Of a DNA stretch of 21,638 bases, positions 11,761 through 20,472 are shown in pieces (positions within the stretch are counted from its first letter, which is position 1; each line of letters begins with the position of its first letter). Source of the stretch: Catajapyx aquilonaris (Eukaryota). The notes under the pieces were generated by a model. The model searched no databases. It saw nothing but the letters and a program-made list of their open reading frames with translations, and was not told the origin of the DNA. Where the stretch lies: the NCBI GenBank assembly GCA_000934665.2, contig KZ538321.1, forward strand, positions 62,001 through 83,638, in the 5' to 3' direction. A program made the translations under genes and the position numbers.

Positions 11761-12025
11761 TGCGTGTCCATATATAGCTCGTGCCTGGCAGAAAAGGCAA
11801 ACGTAAGGATCCGCACCATAGGCGTGAGTCAATTTTTGGAATATGCCGCATGCCGTCCATTTATCGATGCAGCATGAAGGACTGCAATAAGTGCCCGACG
11901 GTAGCTTTCCCATAGGTTGGAGGGCAGAGCTCACGAAACCCACTTTTCCCATGCCAGGGGAGATATATGCAGGAGAGCCCTTTTTCTGCTCTCTGACCCT
12001 CGATGCACTACACACCAAGTGCGTC
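11761..12025 (+). other. Fold-back domain S10 (putative RNA structure)
   Basis: Nested CATATAT 11769-11775 / ATATATG 11963-11969; CCTGGCA 11784-11790 / TGCCAGG 11952-11958; GAAAAG 11791-11796 / CTTTTC 11943-11948; CGTGAG 11823-11828 / CTCACG 11930-11935. Then GATGCACT 12002-12009 / AGTGCGTC 12018-12025 (G-U). Confidence 0.65.
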
Positions 12026-12128
12026 CATTTGTGTCGAGCCTCTTCTATTTGGCCCCTCTCATGTCCAAATTGCCAAAGAGCAATCAGTTATGCCTTCTAG
12101 GGGTCTATTACTACCGTGATTTACGTAC

Positions 12129-12134
12129 CTTCCC
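12129..12134 (-). CDS. Candidate 6-nt microexon (GGGAAG)
   Basis: Minus strand reads gCTAATtgcctcctcttttgttAG|GGGAAG|GTACGT: branch-point-like CTAAT, TGC plus pyrimidine tract, AG, frame-preserving 6 nt and a good donor. Confidence 0.5.
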
Positions 12135-12626
12135 CTAACAAAAGAGGAGGCAATTAGCCGACCAATTCTCTTCAGTCACACGATGCTCGATTAAGAGCAA
12201 CACAACTTCCTAACAATAGTGTCGTGCATGTCACTTGCCTCACAAGGTGTGCTGCACTCATTCTTTTTATTCAGAGCAAACAGAACCTGTCAAGTGCCAC
12301 GTTCTTCTATTGGAAGGGTTTCAATAATGGCGTGCCTGATTTTCACGTGATGGAGAGTGATGGCAGAGGAGCCTAATTACCACGGATGAAGTTTGTACAC
12401 GAATTATGATGCATGCTGTCTCTATATATATTCTAGTGCAATCATGAAGAGTCAAGCGAGCCTCGAAATGTTAATTTGCAGCGAGCGTGTCATTATTTGC
12501 AAGCTTTTAGATGTGATGTAGGATAATCAACACATGATTTAAATAAACACTCCTTCGATATTAATTTACATTAAGACAGGTTGTATTCTAAACAACTGCA
12601 AGGGTTGCCTTTTATTAGATAGGAAA

Positions 12627-12714
12627 TGCAAGAAAGCAGTGTTGCCAGGCAATGAATGATGTGTTGGCACAGGAAAGGACAGAGCAGTGATTTGAACAAC
12701 ACTGTTGCCTTGCA
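12627..12714 (+). other. Hairpin S11 (putative RNA structure)
   Basis: TGCAAG 12627-12632 / CTTGCA 12709-12714; AGCAGTGTTG 12635-12644 / CAACACTGTT 12697-12706 (one G-U on +). Confidence 0.5.
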
Positions 12715-12768
12715 ATATGCACGTAATACAATACGCCTATAGGTTCTGTAGGCAATTTAGTGGAGGGT

Positions 12769-12791
12769 GAGAGAAAGAGAGAGAGAGAGAG
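12769..12791. repeat. (GA)n microsatellite
   Basis: GAGAGAAAGAGAGAGAGAGAGAG. Confidence 0.85.
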
Positions 12792-13740
12792 CAGTCAATG
12801 GGCCGTATAATGTATCTGGGGAGCTGACAAAAGGCCCACCACCTGCTTATTGATCTCCCAAAGGAGCATGACACGCTAATTAGCGGCGGAAATAAGAGGT
12901 TGTAGCAACAGGGGGGGAGGAGGGGACATAGTATGCGGGGGATTATACAGCACCCAATACTCGTACAGCCATATACCGTCCCCCTAATTCAACCAATATT
13001 GTTCCCAGCTTGCCTTGCTTCAAATCACATCGATTTGGGTGCGAGCAGGTGGTCAGCTGATAAGTGTACGAGTATCGATTTCTTGCCTTGATTATCAGTC
13101 ACCTTTGCTGTACGATGGTGCAATAACACCCATATGGGAATATCATCCCACCGCACCGGTGAGAGAGTAACGTAACATAATATATAACTCAGTTTGAATA
13201 TTAGTTTCCTCGAGAGGTCGCATTGTACTGTCATGCATATTGTAATGAATACACGGCATACATACAGTAATATTATGCAAGGTTTTGGCTCAAAAACAGA
13301 GCTGGGGAATAGCCTACACTGTAAGCAAAAAGAACCGCGTTACCGATACTAGTAACTCTATCGTTTATTTTTTGGCTGCTGTCATGAATGAATTACTGGT
13401 AACTACTGTAGTAACAACATTGACCGCAGCGGAATAAAGTTACAAGTTATTCTTTCCAGCGAGGTTTTAATAATAGTGTGCTGGAGGGATAGCGAATGTG
13501 TCACACACGTTGTTTCTCTATCCTAAGTTACAAATCACTTGACGAGTGATTATCTAATGGGCACTTTGAAATAATAAGTCTTTGTGCATTACATTAGGCA
13601 CAGTTTTCACAGTTCATATATTATTAAAGATTAAACGATAATTCATTTTCTGATAGGTAAAATTTATTCAAAATATCTCTAAACAATGTCACTAGCTACC
13701 GTCAGTTATTCTTTAGACAAAGAAACCTATTAGTCACTAG

Positions 13741-14100
13741 GGAGGTCACTATTACGTAGTTAGTAGTGGCGCTGCGGTAACGTATGCGCCCATACGGAGG
13801 TAAGGGTCCCGGGTTCGATCCCAAGCCCGGGCTCCCTTCATCTCGTGCAGAGTTTGGTCGTCTCTGTCTTCGTCTTGGGTGGAATCTCGGATAGACTAAT
13901 CCACCTGGGGGAGTTCACAAAATGTGCCGTTTGAGACATTGCACTTGAACTTTGCACATCCCCTCCTAGTCACCCTGTCCGTGGGCCCGGGCGCTTCGTA
14001 AAAGGTTCCAAAAATGGACAAAAATGTACAAGGACATATAATAGCGTCTCCCCACCCCCTACGCCCGAAAGGGTAACTTGGGGTAAACAAAAAAAAAACA
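13741..14100 (+). mobile_element. Full-length tRNA-derived SINE, family B
   Basis: Pol III A-box-like TGGCGCTGCGG 13767-13777 and B box GGTTCGATCCC 13812-13822. 3' stem-loop CCCCCTACGCCCGAAAGGGTAACTTGGGGTA followed by an A-rich tail. Exact 13-bp TSD TATTAGTCACTAG at 13728-13740 and 14101-14113. Confidence 0.93.
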
Positions 14101-15249
14101 TATTAGTCACTAGTATAGACTAAATAATATATTGTTAACGATAAGTAATACTGTAACCAATATTGAGCTTTACTCATCCAACTCATCCAACTCTGCTCAA
14201 AGGATCTGCAAGCACAGTATGTTTGAGCTCACAACTTCACAAATTAGGAATACAGTAGCGCACTCTTTCTGACTGTTGTAAGTTATGCTAAGAGCAGGGA
14301 TATTCAAGAAAATGTTTAACCAGCAAAAACGTGCGGAATTAGGTACTAAGTTTCCAATATTTCATTGAGATGTACTGTAGGCTACGTAATGAATAATGCC
14401 TTATGCCTTATGTAATAATTCGAAGCAACTTTTTAAAACTTTGTAATCGTTAATATTCCTTGACAGATAAGTAAAAAAAAAATATGTGGACAGGGTCGCT
14501 CACTCCTTATCGTTCCTGCCGTATTCTTAGTTCTTGTTCAAACATTGCTGCAAGTGGAAGCACTTGTATTTGAAGGACCCTGCCTCGAGAGTAAAGCCAC
14601 TTGCTCATATCCTCGCACAGAGTATAATTTATTACTAATCTCATTCATGAATGACGGCACGCGACTTCAACTGCCTCACTTTTATCAGTTAGCCATGCTC
14701 TTGTGTTCTATTACAGTTGCCGTACTTGACATCAAGTGAGCACTTCACATTATGTTTTCTATAGGGGTGTCTGTATATCTTGTGCCAACAACACATGAGT
14801 AAAGTACGCATGTACTTCATGCTAGTCTAAACTTTAGTGAGAGATATAGACTACCTTTTGTAATATTCAGTGCAGGCTCTTGGTGCAGGTATAAGTAGGA
14901 AAGTAATATTATGATCAGTTATAATATATAGGCTATACATCATGTTCCCTTATCCGTATTGCAACACGAAGCATACGCACACAAATTTTCACTTTTTCAT
15001 AATTCGACTATCAAAGTTATAGTGATATTTAGGCCTACAGTATAACGCTAACTTGCCTCTACATTTGCACTTACACGGGACTAGTGAATTCATATTCCAA
15101 CAATTCATGCAACCCTTGGCTTTACAATAATAGGTTTACTGCTCTGAATATTATGTGAGGCATGGGTTTTTACAAAAAATAGTTCCACCCTTAAAATCAA
15201 GAGTAACTATTGTCAAAAAAATACAAAAAATAGTATAGCAGCATCTTAA

Positions 15250-15399
15250 GGTGTGTTCCCAAGCTCGCGAGAATCGGTCGTAGCGTGAGCGGGCAACTGA
15301 AGCCAATTCTCGCACCTCATTGGTCAGTGGCTTCTCGCTCAAGCTTAAAAGTCTTGTATTCACTCCAAAACTCTTGTTCTCGCGAGCTTGGGAACACAC
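15250..15399. mobile_element. MITE with 23-bp perfect terminal inverted repeats
   Basis: GTGTGTTCCCAAGCTCGCGAGAA 15251-15273 / TTCTCGCGAGCTTGGGAACACAC 15377-15399. TTAA lies on the left flank with no matching right TSD, so the superfamily is uncertain. Confidence 0.85.
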
Positions 15400-16514
15400 A
15401 GTCAGTATCAAGTCACTGGCCATAGCGTGATCACATGGTGTGACCACTGAATAGCTTTTATTAATAGTTTTGGCGCACCAAGCTTATTTTTAAAAATCAG
15501 AAATCTTGACCAGAGTTGCTAAGACTAGTGTTTTTTTTTGCTATGTGCTGGCAGGTACATTGCCTCCATAACGTAGGACAAAGGGGTCAGCCAATGCTGC
15601 CATACCAAGGAAACAAGAGGATTTTATATTTCACTATCTGAAAAAAATACTAGTGTCCCCTTTCCCCAGCACTATATGCCCAACTCTCCTCGACTGTGCA
15701 TGCGTGACAGGAGCGAATAGAAACCATCACATTTTATCCTAATGCAGCACTGTTGGAGGTGCCAACTTAGGATATGTTACACCGAATCAGATTCATTAAG
15801 AATCTCAAATATAACATTTGTTGTTGAATTATTACCGGCAGCAATTAATAGCTAATGAATAATATTAGTTAAATATGAGATTCTTAATTAGCTGGGATTC
15901 CTTGGTACTTCGCATTCTGTAACAATGATATGAATATCGGCCGTACACTTCAATAATAGACACGGAATTGAAACAATGGAAAATAATATATGGGGACTCT
16001 GGCGAAATTACGTATTTATGGCGTTCACGGTTATTTTTTTTCTTCTTTCCGCTGTCATTGTCAACATTGTAATCTTTCTAGGACTGCAAGATTGCTTCCT
16101 GGGCTTGCCAAGAAAGATACTGAAGTAATAGCATTATAGCATAAATCCACAAATGATAGTGGCACTTTGGAGTACGTCACGCAGGTGGATGCCCTGATTA
16201 GTCAGAGCGACATAGGATCCTTGGGAATTTAACCATATAGGGTAGACATTATCATTTACGCCAATCGATTGGCCTTATACTGCATATACTACCTATCTGC
16301 ACCTCCGTTACTTTCACTTCAATAGAAGACAGTAAAATTGCAACCATTGAAAACCAGTCTAGGGAAGGTTTCTCAGTGTGTGTTTGCTAATAGTTCTTGG
16401 TAATTAATGATAATCAACATAAACAGTGTACTGTTAGTTTGTTACTCTGCTCATCACAGCTGCAGTATTTCTTCCTTTCCTAGTTGAAGAAAGATGGACA
16501 AGGCGGTCGCAAGT

Positions 16515-16516
<2 letters not shown>

Positions 16517-16598
<82 letters not shown>

Positions 16599-16639
16599 GC
16601 GATGGCGATGATGATGGCCACGACGACGACAACGACATG
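16517..16639. repeat. Compound microsatellite (AAT)17(GAT)10 decaying into GAT/GGC/GAC triplets
   Basis: Read directly. It explains the poly-N/D, poly-I and poly-H/Y ORFs. Confidence 0.97.
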
Positions 16640-17318
16640 ATTCAAGTGCAATTTTACTGCTCTTTATACGTAGTTTGCAATCTATGCAAATCACGTTCCC
16701 CACAGAATGGGGTGTGATATTTTGAATAGTGCGATCAGTTGCTCCAGGACGCTTAACCATCCCGGCGTGTAGACTTCAACGTAGGAATGAGGCAGTACTT
16801 CAACTTCAGTAATAAGCATATCTTATAGTATATGGACGGTGTTATACAATAATGAGTCAACCCACATGAGAACAGTTTTGAGAAAATAGGTGCATTGAAT
16901 GTCATACCTGTGAAATTAATGCAGTGTCCTTTTTGGTCATTTATGGCAGAAGTATGCAGATTTCGCCAGCTTGATTTTAACTGAATGAAGTACGGTACGA
17001 TCCTTTGGGTAATATATAATTATGATCCTGGGCTTAACTCGATTTTGACATTTTTTTTGGGTTGACACATTATTGCACAACACCGTCCATAATAGGCTAC
17101 TCGGCAAAGAAACCTGTGACGTAATTATGGATATTCATTTCTATATGTGTCTCTCGATGTTCTACTTTGAAAGCCTCTCATTAACTTGTGTCTAGTTGAT
17201 TGATCAGATAAAAACTAGATTTGAGACTTGATTAAATTATCTTACTTTTTGTCACAAGAACACACTTATATGAGCAACATCTGGTATACATAAATGGTAG
17301 GCATATATGACGAAGGTA

Positions 17319-17462
17319 CAATCTGTGTCAATAAGTTTTGGCCACTTTATCCTGGTCTTGAAGCAACCCTTTTCACACCCACACACCTGCTCACCGTGGG
17401 GCCTGTGCGAAAGGTTGCTTCAAGACCAGGATAAAGTGGCCAAAACTTATTGACACAGATTG
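17319..17462. mobile_element. Young 144-bp Tc1/mariner-type MITE
   Basis: 53-bp perfect inverted repeat 17316-17368 / 17413-17465, made of a 50-bp TIR starting CAATCTGTGTCAATAAGTTTTGGCCAC plus flanks. TA on both sides (17317-18, 17463-64), the Tc1/mariner TSD. Confidence 0.9.
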
Positions 17463-17795
17463 TACACCAATTCAATGGTAAAAGGGAAAAAAACCTTGTG
17501 CAGCAGTTTGATTGCTGATCACTAAAGCCCGATATCTCCACTGAAGGTATGTGATTGTAGCCTACAGTTGGTTTATGCTTGTTTGGTTTATTCAATGGCT
17601 CCGCCTAACCATCGAACGATTCGACAATCAGCCCTCTACTATACAAGGTAGTACAGTGTTTTAAAACTACCTTTTCCATTGGCAGAGGGCTGATGATGGT
17701 AGAATAGCTCCAGGATATGTTTGGCCGAAAGTTTTTAGACAGATAATAGAGGGTGTTCATGAATTCATCTGCCAAAATGATACCGTTGCGGTGGC

Positions 17796-18075
17796 AGGGG
17801 GTCCATATAGAAGAAGCATGGCATGGATCCGGAAGGCTGGCGACGACGATGAAATTGACGATGTCTATCCTGACCTGCCTACATCGCTGGTTGCTGGGGT
17901 CAGGAGCTCGCACTCCTAGACCGTTGCTCAGCCGGCCTGGCCCGGCAACACACACTACAGGCAGGCAAGGGGGTATCCACACTTATCAGGATAGACATCG
18001 TCGACATCTCCAAGACGGATTGTCGCCGGCCTTTCGGACCCATACCATCATGCTTCTGCCATAAACGCATCCCCT
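17796..18075 (+). other. Rod-like ~280-nt fold-back domain S12 (putative RNA structure)
   Basis: AGAAGCATG 17812-17820 / CATGCTTCT 18049-18057; ATGGATCCGGAAGGCTGGCGAC 17823-17844 / GTCGCCGGCCTTTCGGACCCAT 18022-18043; GACGATGTCTATCCTGA 17857-17873 / TCAGGATAGACATCGTC 17986-18002 (17 bp perfect); CCTGCCT/AGGCAGG; GTTGCTGGG 17890-17898 / CCCGGCAAC 17941-17949. Confidence 0.8.
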
Positions 18076-18711
18076 ATACCACCCTTATCATTTTGGAAGA
18101 TGAACACCATGTAGGCCTATAGTGTAGAATACTCGGTGTATACTATACCACAGGTATAGCAACCCTGCTGCTTGGCGTATGATATGCACTGCAAGATATG
18201 CTCTATGCTGCCAATAATAACAAAATCACAATCCAATTGCCGCAGAACCCAGTAATTATGCCTCAGACAATGCAAAATATGCCGTAAAATATTTTGGTCT
18301 TGTATGACAGGCCAAGTACCTGAAAAAACTCGGAGAGTTACTGACCACCCTGCATTAGGCAGAAAAACAGGTAGCGATTTTATGCATGGATTCCAGTTGG
18401 GCATTTCATTGGAATGGCTGAGAATAATATACTGTATAGTTACTTAAAGACTTCCCCACATTTATTGATGAAACTTCTCAGAGTCTATAATGACAGATAT
18501 CCCTTTTGCAGCTTAGACGAATATCGTGTCTAATGTTGTATAAACCTGGCAGTATTGTGAAGCCCAACTTAATACACAATTATTATTGTGAAGGTAAATT
18601 TTCTTTCGAGTATTTTACTGATGAACCTCCCAGTCTGCGAGACACTAAGCGAATGATTTGTGATTCATGCACAGTACTAGTATACAAGTAGTGTAAGCAT
18701 ATTTTACAAAC

Positions 18712-18884
18712 CTGTAGTCGTCTTCAATGGGATAGTCATTTTCCGGGGGCATGTAGGCCGCAGCAGCATTTGGCCAGATGGAATGGCCATTGGTCATCGG
18801 ATCAGCTCCTCCTCCCACTTCGTACACGCAGTCTGACAAAGCGCGATCCTCGTACAAGCTACACATCTTGCTGAAGAACTGCTG
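18712..18884 (-). CDS. Coding exon of an unidentified gene (QQFFSKMCSLYEDRALSDCVYEVGGGADPMTNGHSIWPNAAAAYMPPENDYPIEDDY)
   Basis: 173-nt open, protein-like frame. Tandem acceptors at 18890-18879 and donor CAG|GTTTGT (GT at 18711-18710, phase 2). In frame with the upstream 45-nt exon. The ATG at 18866 (CAAGATG) could alternatively be a start. Confidence 0.6.
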
Positions 18885-18982
18885 CTACTGAACATCCGAG
18901 AAAGACCATCAAAAATGTCAATAAGTGACCTAATTCCAATGAGATACTGCGCCAAAAAAGGGTATGTAGGCATACGGTATAC

Positions 18983-19027
18983 CTGAAGCGAGAGGAGGTG
19001 CTCCTGAGCTGTAGGTGTCCCCGGTTG
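18983..19027 (-). CDS. 45-nt coding exon (QPGTPTAQEHLLSLQ), phase 0-0
   Basis: Acceptor ccttccttcgctgtccaacctgcAG and donor CAG|GTATAC. The 98-nt intron to the next exon keeps the frame. Confidence 0.5.
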
Positions 19028-19525
19028 CTGCAGGTTGGACAGCGAAGGAAGGACGCACCAAGGAACAGACACTGGTCTTCTGATAAGGACACCACACTTC
19101 CAGATAGTCTCCACGGTTACGCTCACTAACTTATCGTAATCAAAAACCCGCCTTCGACACAGCTAACGTAACCTTTTTGAGGGGTACCTGTCTGATCAAT
19201 AGACGCTTTCCAAAATAAATGTTTATATATTACGGATGGCCATCACTGGTGACGTGCGTCATAGCGTCATAGAAATGATTTCTCTAACGAGTATAGGATA
19301 AAGTAACTATAGGCCTACACTGCAAGATGGGTGCAGTGTGTGATATGCATATGGGTATTGCAGCTTACTGTTTTATATGGATGTTTGAATAGGAAAGGCA
19401 GAATGCTGTCAGGGTGTTGAGTGTGATATCCAATACACATACACGTTACGAGAACAATTGAAATTAACGGTTTATTCAATATTTATAGCAACATCATTTT
19501 TTGTCTATATCTGTTTATTCGATTG

Positions 19526-19766
19526 GGTAGAGTCCCCCAGTTCTTTTCTTGGGCGAGACCGCTTGGTAACTGGAATTCATATCCGGATGGACTGACAACT
19601 CCAGCTGTAATCACTATCTGCGCGCTGGACAGCTGATAACCTTAAAGGGCTGCTAAGATATCTACCAAGGTATCGGACAGGCTGTATGCGAAGGCTACGC
19701 ACTTGGAGATAACTTGTCTGGTCAATCGCAGTCCCGGTAGAGATTGGGAAACAGGAAGGCTCTATC
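19526..19766 (+). other. Fold-back domain S13 (putative RNA structure)
   Basis: GGTAGAGTC 19526-19534 / GGCTCTATC 19758-19766 (2 G-U); GGACTG 19589-19594 / CAGTCC 19729-19734; CTGATAACCTT 19633-19643 / AAGGTATCGG 19667-19676; CAGCTGT/ACAGCTG. Confidence 0.5.
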
Positions 19767-20207
19767 ACGTATGCCATGGATTTTCCCTATCGGCATATTA
19801 TAATAATTTTTATTAGCTTAGACTATACTTGTAAGATACCATTATCACTAACAGTTATTTTAAATAACAGCGCCATAAATTATTACTTACTTTTTCTCCT
19901 TAGAAAAAGCTATTTTCACACAAGCATCATTATATTTTAAAGCCAAACACTCATCGCATTACAGTGCAGTATTTGTGTACTATACAAGTATTATATAGTA
20001 TTCTGCGGTATATTCCACAGCTACGAAACCGTCTATAATCTTATCGCCCTATCCATTCTTTACGGATGAAGAAAAACATGCCGTCTCTCCTAGTTGTTAC
20101 GTATTATTAGAATACTATTTATCAATGCAATAATCGCCCTATTATCTACATTGTGATACTAATTGTGCGCTTACCTCACTTGCAGAATAAATGATTAGGC
20201 TTCACGA

Positions 20208-20440
20208 TTGCACATTTCAAGGTCAATGTGCAAAGATCTGATATGTATAGGGAATCAGTTCATGTTCATCTGTATAATACATCAGGGTATTGTCCACCTT
20301 TCTAGACAACTTCCACCCACCGCCTCATCTGAATCCCACACACTCCAGATGACCCACCGAGATAACTGAGAGCGATGTGAGGCTCGGGAAGACGGAAAGT
20401 TGTCATGTTTTGCTTATGATAATTTCCAAGATTCCCTGTA
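20208..20440 (+). other. Fold-back domain S14 (putative RNA structure)
   Basis: TTGCACATT 20208-20216 / AATGTGCAA 20225-20233; TATAGGGAATC 20246-20256 / GATTCCCTGTA 20430-20440 (G-U); GACAACTTCC 20305-20314 / GGAAAGTTGTC 20394-20404; TCATCTG 20325-20331 / CAGATGA 20346-20352. Confidence 0.6.
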
Positions 20441-20472
20441 TCAAATGAATGCCATAATATTATGACAATATA

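Noticed and set aside
13805..13832. TCCCAAGCCCGG resembling a twister ribozyme motif
   Set aside because: It is the B box/T arm of the SINE, and other twister elements are absent.
16454..16760. Poly-N/D, poly-I and poly-H/Y ORFs
   Set aside because: They are translations of the compound trinucleotide microsatellite.
20177..20237. Minus-strand coding exon ending at the strong donor GAG|GTAAGC
   Set aside because: It has stops in all three frames. It could be a UTR or poison exon, but nothing supports that.
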